Positions 18,596-28,111 are shown, counted from the first letter of the stretch. The stretch is 64,000 bases of DNA from Gemmatimonadales bacterium (GCA_041615815.1 JBFJCP010000012.1:45533-109532), one strand, 5' to 3'. Notes: generated by a model not told the origin, from the letters alone. Made by a program: numbers and translations.

Positions 18596-20218
18596 TTGGG
18601 AGTGGCCTCCATCTCGATCCTGCAACCGGCGCTTCTCAGCGCCTTCGTGCTCTTGGCCATCGCCGTCGCGTGGTCGGTCGTGCTGTTACGCCGGCTTCGG
18701 GATTGGCGAGCAGGCTTCGTCATCGCGTGGCTCGGTGCCTCCGCACTGCTTCTCGTCCTGGTGATTGGGGGACAGCTGCAGGGGGCCTCCTTCGGCAACC
18801 GCCTGGGCCCCGGGGAGCTGCAACAGCTGGCCATCAGCGGGATCGCGTTGAGCGCGGTGATCTACTTTCACGTGGTGTTCCAACGCGATGCGCTCACGGG
18901 CCTCCCCAACCGGGCTCTACTCATGAATCGTATTGGCCGGGCCCTGGGTCGTGTCTATCGCGGCCGCGACCCCTCCTGCGCCGTGCTCTTTCTGGACTTG
19001 GATCGGTTCAAGGTCATCAACGATAGTCTCGGTCACACCACGGGCGACGAGCTCTTGGTGGCGGTGGCCAAGCGCCTCCAGACCCGCCTCCGCCGAGCCG
19101 ACACGCTCGCGCGTCTCGGCGGAGACGAGTTCGTCGTCGTCCTTCAAGGAGTCGATCAACACGGCGCCGAGCAGGCCGCGGACCGTCTCCACCAGGCGCT
19201 AGGGAGACCAATTACCGTTCGAGAGCGGGACGTCTTCACCACGGTGAGCATCGGCATCGCAGTCAGCTCCCGCGGGGCCGAGGGGGCGGAGACACTCCTC
19301 CGGGAGGCCGACCTCGCTATGTACCGCGCCAAGATCCGCGGGAAGGCGCGGCATGAGGTCTTCCGTCAATCGATGCACGTGGATGCCGTGGAGCGGCTCA
19401 CGCTGGAGTCCGATCTCCGCCGCGCCGTGGAGCGGCAGGAGTTTGTGGTGCACTACCAGCCGATCGTCTCGCTGAGCGACGGCCGGCTCGCCGGCCTCGA
19501 GGCGCTGATACGCTGGCAACATGAGGAGCGCGGACTTCTGCTCCCCGAGACCTTCGTGTCGGTCGCCGAGGAAACGGGCCTCATCATCCCGCTGGGTCTG
19601 TGGGTGCTCGAAGCGGCGTGTCGGCAGGCCATGCTCTGGCGGGCACGTCATCCGACACTCGACACCACGGTGATGCATGTCAACGTGTCGGGACGCCAAT
19701 TTGCCCAACCGGACCTGGTGGAGCGGGTGGCGGACGTGTTAGAGCGAACGGGCCTGGTCCCCCGGTGCCTGGGCCTCGAAGTCACCGAGACCGTGATGAT
19801 GGACGACGCCGATCAAGCCGCCGGCATTCTCATGGCGTTGCGGCAGCTCGGGGTGACACTTCAACTCGACGATTTCGGAACCGGATACTCTTCCCTGAGT
19901 TATCTCCACCGATTCCCCATTACCAGCCTCAAGATCGATCGGTCCTTCGTGCAGGGACTCGAGACCAATGCGGAGCACACCAAGATCGTCCGATCCATCA
20001 ACACGCTCGCCAGGGATTTGGAGCTCGAAGTGGTAGCGGAAGGGGTCGAGACGATCGAGCAGCTGGAACGACTCAAGGCGTGGGGGTGCGAGTTCGCGCA
20101 GGGGAACCTCCTGTGCGAGGCCCGAGCCCCGGATGCGCTGGAACCGCTTCTGGCGCAGCGGTGGACACCGCGGGCTCACCCGACCCGCGGCCGCACGGCC
20201 ATCACGGTCCCACGCTGA
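18596..20218 (+). CDS. Membrane-anchored GGDEF-EAL protein (paralog 1)
   Basis: About 3 N-terminal TM segments, DALTGLPNR, RRAD...GGDEF, EAL, DDFGTGYSS. Confidence 0.93.
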   Translation: MGVASISILQPALLSAFVLLAIAVAWSVVLLRRLRDWRAGFVIAWLGASALLLVLVIGGQLQGASFGNRLGPGELQQLAISGIALSAVIYFHVVFQRDALTGLPNRALLMNRIGRALGRVYRGRDPSCAVLFLDLDRFKVINDSLGHTTGDELLVAVAKRLQTRLRRADTLARLGGDEFVVVLQGVDQHGAEQAADRLHQALGRPITVRERDVFTTVSIGIAVSSRGAEGAETLLREADLAMYRAKIRGKARHEVFRQSMHVDAVERLTLESDLRRAVERQEFVVHYQPIVSLSDGRLAGLEALIRWQHEERGLLLPETFVSVAEETGLIIPLGLWVLEAACRQAMLWRARHPTLDTTVMHVNVSGRQFAQPDLVERVADVLERTGLVPRCLGLEVTETVMMDDADQAAGILMALRQLGVTLQLDDFGTGYSSLSYLHRFPITSLKIDRSFVQGLETNAEHTKIVRSINTLARDLELEVVAEGVETIEQLERLKAWGCEFAQGNLLCEARAPDALEPLLAQRWTPRAHPTRGRTAITVPR

Positions 20219-20432
20219 GACGGAGGGGTCGCCCACCCTAGGAGCGGGCTGCCGGGTCACGCATCCTGCCATGGCGTGTGGTATCCTCACCACACCCGCC
20301 GCCCCTCCATCTGTGACCACCCGCACAGAGGATCCTCCTGGGGAACCCTATTTAGAGGTCACCGCGCGCCCCGGTTCACGACGGTCACTCCCCCAGCGGA
20401 GACCGCCAGGCTCGGAACGGGACAACACATCC

Positions 20433-22022
20433 ATGAACTTGGCTCTCGTGAGCGCGTGGGCGCTGTTGGCCGTCGCGCTCCTGTGGTGCATTGCACTCTT
20501 CAGACGGCTGAGGGATTGGCGGGCGGGATTGCTGATTGCGAGCCTCGCCGCGTCCGTGGTGCTCCTCGTGCTGGCCATTGGCGGTCTCCTGATGACTGGC
20601 GGTGCTACCTCACCCGCCGGCACCGGCAGGCTGCAACAACTCGCGGCCGGTACCATGCTCTTTGCCGGAGTCATCCATTTCAACGTGGCGTTTCGACGGG
20701 ACGCCCTCACCGGGTTGCCGAGTCGCGCCTTGTTGATGCGCCGTCTGGGACGGGCGCTCAACCGCGTTCACCACGGACAGGATGCGGCCTGCGCCGTTTT
20801 GCTGCTCGACGTCGACCGGTTCAAGGTCGTGAACGACAGCCTGGGCCACGCGCTGGGGGACGAGCTGCTCGCCGTGGTGGGGCGCCGGATCCAGGCCTGC
20901 GTGCGGAAGCTGGATACCGTGGCTCGCCTCGGGGGCGACGAGTTTGTCGTGCTCCTCCACGGGGTGGACGCCAAGGGTGCAAGCCGCGCGGCCGAGCGGC
21001 TGCAAGAGGCCCTCTGCAACGCGATCAACCTCAAGGGGCAAGAGGTCTTTACGAGCGTGAGCATTGGGATCGCGGCTACGACCAGCGGTACCGAATCCGC
21101 CGAGACCCTGCTCCGCGACGCCGACCTCGCCATGCACCGGGCGAAGGCCTTGGGGAAGTCGCGGCACGAGTTGTTCGAGATTTCTATGGGCGAAGGCGTC
21201 GAAGCACGGCTGCGCCTCGAGACCGATCTGCGGCATGCGACGGAGCGGCAGGAGCTCGCCCTCCACTATCAACCGATCGTGTCACTCGTCGAAAACCGGA
21301 TCGTCGGCTTAGAGGCGTTACTGCGATGGCACCACGCCGAGCACGGCATGCTGCCGCCCAATAGCTTCATCCCGGTTGCCGAAGAAACAGGCCTCATCGT
21401 GCCCATCGGCCTCTGGGTCTTGGAGCAAGCCTGCGAGCAGATGCGGCTGTGGCACGACCGATTCCCAACGTTTGCGGGTGCCGCCATCCACGTCAATCTC
21501 TCGGGTCAGCAGTTCATGCAGCCCGATCTCGTCGACCAGATCGACGGTATTCTCCAACGAACCGGCCTCGCGCCGGAAGCGCTGGGTCTCGAAATGACCG
21601 AGACGGTGATGATGAGTGACGCTCACCAAACTTCGTCCACCCTGTCGCGGTTACGATCGCTCAACGTCAAGCTACAACTGGATGATTTCGGAACCGGGTA
21701 TTCATCGCTGAGCTACTTGCATCGGTTCCCGATCACGACGCTCAAGATCGACCGCTCGTTCGTCATGGCCATACACACGATCGAAGAACATGCCAAGATC
21801 GTTCGGTCGATCCATACGCTCGCGCGTGACCTGCAGTTGGACGTCGTGGCCGAGGGCATCGAGACGCAGGAACAACTCGAGTTCCTACAGCACCTGGGAT
21901 GTCCGTTCGGGCAAGGATACTATTTCTGTCCCGCCAAAGACCCGGATACCGTCGAGACGCTCCTGGCCGCAGACTGGCGTCCCGGTGAGCCCCTGGCCGG
22001 AAGTGCCGTCGGCACCGCCTGA
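20433..22022 (+). CDS. Membrane-anchored GGDEF-EAL protein (paralog 2)
   Basis: Same architecture; shares RRLRDWRAG and LQQLA segments with paralog 1; RKLD...GGDEF, EAL. Confidence 0.93.
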   Translation: MNLALVSAWALLAVALLWCIALFRRLRDWRAGLLIASLAASVVLLVLAIGGLLMTGGATSPAGTGRLQQLAAGTMLFAGVIHFNVAFRRDALTGLPSRALLMRRLGRALNRVHHGQDAACAVLLLDVDRFKVVNDSLGHALGDELLAVVGRRIQACVRKLDTVARLGGDEFVVLLHGVDAKGASRAAERLQEALCNAINLKGQEVFTSVSIGIAATTSGTESAETLLRDADLAMHRAKALGKSRHELFEISMGEGVEARLRLETDLRHATERQELALHYQPIVSLVENRIVGLEALLRWHHAEHGMLPPNSFIPVAEETGLIVPIGLWVLEQACEQMRLWHDRFPTFAGAAIHVNLSGQQFMQPDLVDQIDGILQRTGLAPEALGLEMTETVMMSDAHQTSSTLSRLRSLNVKLQLDDFGTGYSSLSYLHRFPITTLKIDRSFVMAIHTIEEHAKIVRSIHTLARDLQLDVVAEGIETQEQLEFLQHLGCPFGQGYYFCPAKDPDTVETLLAADWRPGEPLAGSAVGTA

Positions 22023-22102
22023 TGGCATCCGTCATCGACCGCCCGGTCACACGTGGGTCCGGTCGAGGCCACTCGCGTCCTACCCATCATGCACGGACGT
22101 GA

Positions 22103-22771
22103 TCAGCGGACCGCGGCTTTCAGAAACGCGTTGACTTTGGCCCCGGTCCGATGATGACGCATCACGAAATCGGCGAGATCACTGCGGAGAAGCATCGTGG
22201 GATCGTTGTAGGCGGCATAGTAATAGAACTGCTTGTTCGCCACGAACGGGTGCTTGTCCACTACTCTGGCAAACTCGGGTGGTAGCCGCTTGTTTCGCGC
22301 TCCTCGAAGCTCGCCAAACAGTTCCTTGAATCGTTTCCCCCGCAGCGCCCGCGCAAGCCGCTCGTCGTCGTGCACGATCGCGCGCCGGATCTTGAGCAGA
22401 CTCGCTCTATCGGGCTGGTAGAGACCACCGGCGATGGTCACACCGGCGGCACCGAACTGCAGGTAGAGACCCGGTAGCTGCATTCCCTTGCGGCCACCGG
22501 GACCAATGGCCGCCGCGACGAATGTCTTGTATGGGGTCTTGTCTTTCGAAAAGCGAATATCGCGGGCGAGCCGAAAAATCGCCTCTTTGGGCTCGATGAC
22601 GATGGAAGGATCGTCGGCCGCCAGGCGGTGAATCATTTCGCCCACAAACTCCTCGAACGGCCGTTTCACGAACTGCTCGTAGTCCCCCTTGTGCGCGTGA
22701 TACCAAGCGCGCGTATTTTGGCGACTCAGCCGCCGAAAGAACTCGATAAAACCCTCGGTAAAGTAGGCCAC
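22103..22771 (-). CDS. DUF2461 (TIGR02453) family protein
   Basis: FFRRLSRQNTRAWY, IFRLARDIRFSKDKTPYKT. Confidence 0.9.
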   Translation of the reverse strand: MAYFTEGFIEFFRRLSRQNTRAWYHAHKGDYEQFVKRPFEEFVGEMIHRLAADDPSIVIEPKEAIFRLARDIRFSKDKTPYKTFVAAAIGPGGRKGMQLPGLYLQFGAAGVTIAGGLYQPDRASLLKIRRAIVHDDERLARALRGKRFKELFGELRGARNKRLPPEFARVVDKHPFVANKQFYYYAAYNDPTMLLRSDLADFVMRHHRTGAKVNAFLKAAVR

Positions 22772-22781
22772 TGCCAATTCC

Positions 22782-23366
22782 TCACGCAGTTTGTCGCATC
22801 ATCTCCTCGAGCGTGATCTTTGGACACACCGCCCGCTGGATGTAGTCGATGAGGGTCGAGGCTACACTGCGTACCTGGCGTTCGACCTCGGCGTTGATGC
22901 AATGACCATCCTCATCGAACACCCCGCGGACGCCCGCCACCGAGATCGGGGCGGGAAGAACGATAGCGCCCACGTGGGAACAGACACTCCGCAGCTGTTC
23001 GAGCGACTTGATCGCACCAATCCGTCCACCCGCCACACCGAGGAGCGCCACCGGTTTCCCCCGCAGTACCGAAGGAAAGCCCAGATTCTCGATCATGAGC
23101 TTCAGGACTGCGGAGAAGCTCCCATGGTACTCCGGTGTCGCGATGACGATACCCGTGGCTCCCGCCACGCGCTCGCGAATGGCCTCCCCGGCATCGTGTT
23201 CCGCGGCACGGCCGGGAAACGGCAAGTCCATCGTGGCCGGATCGAGCACCTCGATCTGCACGTCGGGATACGTGGTGCGAAACTCGTCGATCACGAGGGC
23301 CAGCGCCTTGCCCGTGTAATTCCCGGGTCGAGACGTCCCCAGGAGTGCCGCAATGCGGATAGGCAT
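22782..23366 (-). CDS. NADPH-dependent FMN reductase
   Basis: GTSRPG, ATPEYHGSFSAVLK, GKPVALLG; AAGGAG RBS. Confidence 0.92.
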   Translation of the reverse strand: MPIRIAALLGTSRPGNYTGKALALVIDEFRTTYPDVQIEVLDPATMDLPFPGRAAEHDAGEAIRERVAGATGIVIATPEYHGSFSAVLKLMIENLGFPSVLRGKPVALLGVAGGRIGAIKSLEQLRSVCSHVGAIVLPAPISVAGVRGVFDEDGHCINAEVERQVRSVASTLIDYIQRAVCPKITLEEMMRQTA

Positions 23367-23541
23367 GTTGACTCCTTGATGTCCGTTTCTTGCCCGCGCG
23401 CCGGGCTCTACTGGTTTGCCGCGAGGAAGATACCTCGCCAACACATGGGCGCCCAGCCGGTTGCACGCACTCTGGCAGACGGAGATCTTGGCTCGGGACG
23501 AATCATCGAAGCACCAGCACTGCACTACTGGGAGTACCGTC

Positions 23542-24297
23542 ATGACTGAGTTCGAGGGAAAGTGCATCATCGTGACCGGAGCGAGCAGCGGGATCGGGCG
23601 CGCCACCGCTCACCTGCTCCACCGCCGCGGCGCAACGGTCTTGGCCACCGGCCGGATCAAGGAGGCCCTGACACCACCCAACGGGGCTGGTGGATGGACC
23701 GCACTGGCGGGCGACCTCACTCAGGAGGAATTCCGGCGTCGATTGATAGCGCACGCCAAAGACGCGCTCGGTGGACTCGACGTGCTCGTGAACGCAGCCG
23801 GTATCCTCGAGGCCGGGACCTGGGAGTCGACGACCCTCGAGGCGTGGGACCGGATGATGGACATCAACCTGCGGTCGATCTATGCCCTCACTCGGCTCGC
23901 CATCCCGCTCTTGCGAGAGCGCCAAGGCTCCATCGTGAACGTCAGCAGCGTCACCGGCCCGCGCGCGTTCCCCGGCATCCTCGCCTATTGCGTGAGCAAG
24001 GCGGCGATCGATCAGCTCACCCGCTGCTTGGCGCTCGAGCTCGCGGCCAGCGGCGTGCGCGTGAACGCCGTGAACCCCGGCGTCGTGCGCACGGAGCTCC
24101 ATCGACGCGGAGGTATGGACGAGGCGCGCTACCAAGCGTTTCTGGAGCACGGCAAAACGACTCATCCCCTCGGGCGCGTCGGGAAACCCGAAGAAGTGGC
24201 GGAGCTGATTGCCTTCCTAGCCTCGCCACGGGCCGGCTGGATCACCGGAGACACCGTCGCCATCGACGGCGGACGGGGACAGACATGCGCACGATGA
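23542..24297 (+). CDS. SDR family oxidoreductase
   Basis: TGASSGIG, YCVSK, NAVNPG. Confidence 0.95.
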   Translation: MTEFEGKCIIVTGASSGIGRATAHLLHRRGATVLATGRIKEALTPPNGAGGWTALAGDLTQEEFRRRLIAHAKDALGGLDVLVNAAGILEAGTWESTTLEAWDRMMDINLRSIYALTRLAIPLLRERQGSIVNVSSVTGPRAFPGILAYCVSKAAIDQLTRCLALELAASGVRVNAVNPGVVRTELHRRGGMDEARYQAFLEHGKTTHPLGRVGKPEEVAELIAFLASPRAGWITGDTVAIDGGRGQTCAR

Positions 24298-25196
24298 GTG
24301 CTCAGCGGAGGCACCGTCCGCAGCGGCTGGCATTGTTCATCGCCGCCACGGCGGCCCTCGGATCGTGTGGCGACACCGAACCATCCCTCGAAACCACTCC
24401 GTTGACAGCCAGCGTGCATCTGGTGAGCGGCCCTCCCAACGGCAACATGCTCGTCGTCTCGGGATCAAACGGCCTGCTCGTCATCGATGCGCAGGATCGG
24501 CAACATGCCACCGCTGCCTGGGCTGCCGTCACGACGCTGGGTACGGTCCGCACCGTCATCAACACGCACTATCACGAAGACCACTTGGGTGCCAATCCAC
24601 TCTTTCGCGAAGCTGGGGCCAAGATCATCGCGCACGAAAACCTGAGCCGCCAGGCCGTGAAAGATACGGTCGTTGCCGAACTCGACTGGACCAGACACGC
24701 GGCGTCGCCGGACGCGTTGCCGACGGCGACCGTGACGATCGACACGACGCTGACGATCGGGGGGGTGCGTGTGTGGCTCCTTCACGCGCCCAATGCACAC
24801 ACTGACGGCGATTTGATGGTGTGGCTTCCCGAGCATGGGGTGCTGCACACTGGCGACATCGTCGAAATAGGGGCGTATCCCTTCATCGATCTCTGGGCCG
24901 GCGGATCCACAAAGGGGACAATCGCGGCGGTCGAGCGCCTCCTCAGCATGGTGAATGATTCGACGCTCATCGTCCCGGGTCACGGACCCGTTTCCAGGCG
25001 CCACGACCTCCTTGCATACCGCGACATGCTCGAGACCGTTCAGCGTGCCGTTCGAGAAGCCGTGGACGCCGGAGCGGACGAAGCATCGATCGTGAACAGT
25101 GGAGTGACCCTGCCGTACGACGCGGCTCGGGGGGGAGCAGAGGCAGGTCGGCGATTCGTGCAGATCGTCTATTGGGATGTCACCCGCGAGCGCTAG
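24294..25196 (+). CDS. MBL-fold metallo-hydrolase (cyclase-like), probable lipoprotein
   Basis: THYHEDH, AHTDGD, HTGD, PGHG; LGSC lipobox; ATGA overlap with the SDR gene. Confidence 0.88.
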   Translation: MSAQRRHRPQRLALFIAATAALGSCGDTEPSLETTPLTASVHLVSGPPNGNMLVVSGSNGLLVIDAQDRQHATAAWAAVTTLGTVRTVINTHYHEDHLGANPLFREAGAKIIAHENLSRQAVKDTVVAELDWTRHAASPDALPTATVTIDTTLTIGGVRVWLLHAPNAHTDGDLMVWLPEHGVLHTGDIVEIGAYPFIDLWAGGSTKGTIAAVERLLSMVNDSTLIVPGHGPVSRRHDLLAYRDMLETVQRAVREAVDAGADEASIVNSGVTLPYDAARGGAEAGRRFVQIVYWDVTRER

Positions 25197-25225
25197 GGAA
25201 ATCCAGCGCTGGTCCGTCGCTCGGG

Positions 25226-26002
25226 TCAGGCCCGCCGAGAAGCCGGCGTAGTGAGCGACCCACCCGTCTGAAGGATGGTGGCGAACTCGTCAGGCAGGTC
25301 GCTCTGGCGGATCTTCTCCATGGCACCGGCGATGTCGTAGGCGCACCGCACGAACTCGACGCTCGGGCCGGGCGTCGCAGCAAAATCGACCAGCACGTAC
25401 CCCGCTCGCCAATCGCCATCCTTGGGCCGACCCACGGATCCGGCATTCACGAAGTGAATGCCAGCGATCTCCCGGTGCCACGGCTTGTGGGTGTGCCCGA
25501 ACGCGATCACATCTCCCGCCCCGGCATCCACGATCCGCGCCATCTTCAGCGAGAACGAGTCCGGCCGATCTTCCGTCCAGTACACGGTGTTCAGACTGGG
25601 AGTCCCATGGACGAGGATGAGCCGGGGACCGCTCGCGTGTCCGCCCCGGGGCCGGAGATCGATCCGGAACGGAAGGGCTCCCAAGACCCGTTTGGTCGGG
25701 ACTCGCGTGTGCTCGCGCGTCCACCCGTAACTCAGGTGTGACAGCGCTTCTTGACGCGGATCCTCGTACTGGCACCCGCAGTGCTTGTAGTCCGCCGCCA
25801 CGGTCGAATCGTAGTTACCGGCGACACCGGGAATCCCACGCCGCTGCAGCAGCTCGACCACCTCGTTTGGCCACGGTGCATACCCCACGAGATCACCGAG
25901 GTGGTACGTGGCCGCATCAGGGGCTCGGTGGTCGACATCGTCGAGCACGGCGTCGAGCGCGGGCAGGTTCGCGTGGATGTCGGCAATGAGGGCGTATTTC
26001 AT
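25226..26002 (-). CDS. Calcineurin-like metallophosphoesterase with an HCGC motif
   Basis: ADIHAN, LGDLVGY, GNYD, HGTP, GHTH, NAGSVG. Confidence 0.92.
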   Translation of the reverse strand: MKYALIADIHANLPALDAVLDDVDHRAPDAATYHLGDLVGYAPWPNEVVELLQRRGIPGVAGNYDSTVAADYKHCGCQYEDPRQEALSHLSYGWTREHTRVPTKRVLGALPFRIDLRPRGGHASGPRLILVHGTPSLNTVYWTEDRPDSFSLKMARIVDAGAGDVIAFGHTHKPWHREIAGIHFVNAGSVGRPKDGDWRAGYVLVDFAATPGPSVEFVRCAYDIAGAMEKIRQSDLPDEFATILQTGGSLTTPASRRA

Positions 26003-26144
26003 GGACTCGTGCCTCGACTGGATGGCGCGGCGAGCTGGTCGCCTCCCCATATAATAGCTTGTCGTAGTTTGACTTACACCGATGTCCCAATCCAGAATAT
26101 AACCGCGTGTCCCTGCGAATCCCCACGTCCCGGTGCGCCCCCCC

Positions 26145-26176
26145 TTGACTCCGTACCAAGGTACGGGCCTTATGCT
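26145..26176 (+). promoter_or_regulatory. MerR-type promoter/operator
   Basis: TTGACT (-35), dyad CCGTACC-AA-GGTACGG at 26151-26166, TATGCT (-10) with a 20-bp spacer; closely resembles the Tn21/Tn501 mer operator. Confidence 0.9.
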
Positions 26177-26198
26177 GTACAGGCATCACCGAGGGGTT

Positions 26199-26597
26199 AT
26201 GGCTCCCAATACGATTGGGCAGGTCGCCCGGCGCGCCGGCGTCGGTGTCGAGACGATACGGTATTACGAGCGCCGCGGGCTCATCCAACAGCCGAACGAC
26301 GCACTGGGAGCGTACCGGGAGTATCCCGAGACCGTCGTCGATCGTGTTCGGTTCATCCGACACGCCAAGGACCTCGGGTTCACCCTCAAGGAGATCGCCG
26401 AGCTCCTTTCCCTGCGGTCCGATCCGCGGGACAACTGCGCCGCCGTCAAAGCCAGAGCGGAGGTGAAGGCTCGCGATATCGAAGCTCGCATTCAGCACCT
26501 CGAACGTATGGTGACAACACTCCGGCAGCTCGCGCACAAATGCGAGGCCCGTGAAGCGTCGGCGGAATGTCCGATCCTCGATTCGTTGGAGGGATGA
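26199..26597 (+). CDS. merR: Hg(II)-responsive transcriptional regulator MerR
   Basis: TIGQVARRAGVGVETIRYYERRGL HTH; three Cys (DNC...C-X8-CPI) in the Hg-MerR arrangement. Confidence 0.9.
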   Translation: MAPNTIGQVARRAGVGVETIRYYERRGLIQQPNDALGAYREYPETVVDRVRFIRHAKDLGFTLKEIAELLSLRSDPRDNCAAVKARAEVKARDIEARIQHLERMVTTLRQLAHKCEAREASAECPILDSLEG

Positions 26598-26604
26598 AGC
26601 ATCC

Positions 26605-26814
26605 ATGCACAGCGATACGTTGCGACTGAGCACCGTTACGTGCCCGTTTTGTGGACATGCACGCGAAGAGGAGATGCCGGACGACCGGTGTGTGTTCTTC
26701 TACCAATGCACGGGGTGCGGGAGGACTCTTCGGCCCGAACCCGGTGACTGCTGCGTGTTCTGTTCATACGGATCGTCCCAGTGCCCGCCCAAGACCACGG
26801 GCCGCTGCCGGTGA
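26605..26814 (+). CDS. GDCCVxC domain-containing small Cys-rich protein (Cys form)
   Basis: MHSDTLRLSTVTCPFCGHAREEEMPDDRCVFFYQCTGCGRTLRPEPGDCCVFCSYGSSQCPP. Confidence 0.88.
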   Translation: MHSDTLRLSTVTCPFCGHAREEEMPDDRCVFFYQCTGCGRTLRPEPGDCCVFCSYGSSQCPPKTTGRCR

Positions 26815-26835
26815 CCACGTAAAGGACTGTTCCCG

Positions 26836-27396
26836 ATGCCATCGCGTCAACAGTGGTCGGTCGAGACCGAATTCGAAGAGTCCGGATCCCTGCCCCGCCC
26901 CGGTCCTCTGGGTCGGTTGATCCGCGTCGGCCTCGGGATCTGGCTTCTCTGGTTCTTCGTTCTCCTAGTGACCCAGGGTCCAGCCGTCCTGATCAGCACA
27001 ACTGTCCCACGGAGTTGGTCGTTCTGGTTGGTCACTGCCTTCATATTCTGGGTCACGCCGTACGTGATCAATATCGGTTTCACGCGTCGCTGGCGGCGAA
27101 AACCTCAAGGGGTGGTACTCGGGATCGTGACCACCGCAGTCGTCATCGATTTGATCTCGTACGGCACCTGGTGGGCACCTCCTCTTGGCGTGTTCCTACT
27201 CGGATGGCTGCTGTACATCTCCGGTCACCTGGGGTTCTCATTGGTGCTCTCCGGACTCATCGCGACCCCGGGGTGTGAGATGCGTGCCGTCCCGCATCTG
27301 TGGACGATGATCACCGGTCGTCAAACCAAAGAACACTATTGCCCCGGACCCCTCGACAAGATCGACCAATGGGAAACCCGTCGTGCCGGGTCATAG
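26836..27396 (+). CDS. Uncharacterised membrane protein with C-terminal PGCE and HYCPG motifs
   Basis: About 4 hydrophobic segments, AAGGA RBS, inside the mer operon. Confidence 0.75.
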   Translation: MPSRQQWSVETEFEESGSLPRPGPLGRLIRVGLGIWLLWFFVLLVTQGPAVLISTTVPRSWSFWLVTAFIFWVTPYVINIGFTRRWRRKPQGVVLGIVTTAVVIDLISYGTWWAPPLGVFLLGWLLYISGHLGFSLVLSGLIATPGCEMRAVPHLWTMITGRQTKEHYCPGPLDKIDQWETRRAGS

Positions 27397-27418
27397 TTGT
27401 ACCAGAAAGAGCCATGTC

Positions 27419-28111
27419 ATGTCCATCAATCCGACACTCGACGAAGTTTACGCACAGCTGGCCGCCATGTTGCCGACCCTCTCACCACGAGAGCAGGCGG
27501 TGGGAATGGCCCTTTACCAGCTACTTGCGCGTGGCGCGCCGGTCTCGATGCCGCAGCTGGTCGAGCATGTTGGGATCTACGCACCAGAGACACTGGAGTG
27601 TCCCGCACTCAAATGTCTCACGTACTACGACGATGCCAAGCGAGTCATCGGATTTGGCGGGCTCGCGGTGGTGCCGATGACGCATCGGTTCATGGTAAAT
27701 GGGCGGACGCTCTACACGTGGTGCGCCTGGGATGGGCAGTTTCTCCCCGAGTTGCTCGGTAGCCGTGCGGTGCTCGAGTCCCCGTGCCCTCAGACCGGCG
27801 AGGTTGTGCGGCTAACGATCGATCCTGCTCGCGGCCTTCGCACCGCGGTCCCAGCCGAGGCGGTCATGTCGTTTCTGCTGCCCGAGGCGCCGTTGTTCGC
27901 GCGCCCCGCGGAGGAGACGATGACCAGCTTCTGCCATCACATCTTCCTGTTTGCATCAACGGACGCCGGCGCGACTTGGGTTGCGCACCATGAGGGAACC
28001 TTTCTCCTCTCGATAGCGGACGCCGCGCAGTTGGCACAGATGAACAACGCCGCGCGGTTCGGAGCCGAGTTGTCTCGTCGGAGAACGAGAGTCTCCGCCA
28101 GCGGAGCATGA
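27419..28111 (+). CDS. merB: Organomercurial lyase MerB
   Basis: LYTWCAWD (catalytic Cys/Asp), ESPCPQTGE, SFCHHIFLF (second catalytic Cys). Confidence 0.92.
   Translation: MSINPTLDEVYAQLAAMLPTLSPREQAVGMALYQLLARGAPVSMPQLVEHVGIYAPETLECPALKCLTYYDDAKRVIGFGGLAVVPMTHRFMVNGRTLYTWCAWDGQFLPELLGSRAVLESPCPQTGEVVRLTIDPARGLRTAVPAEAVMSFLLPEAPLFARPAEETMTSFCHHIFLFASTDAGATWVAHHEGTFLLSIADAAQLAQMNNAARFGAELSRRRTRVSASGA

Noticed and set aside
23562..25196. 544-aa ORF suggesting an N-terminally extended MBL hydrolase
   Set aside because: The first ~240 codons overlap the SDR gene out of frame; the real start is the ATGA-coupled ATG at 24294.
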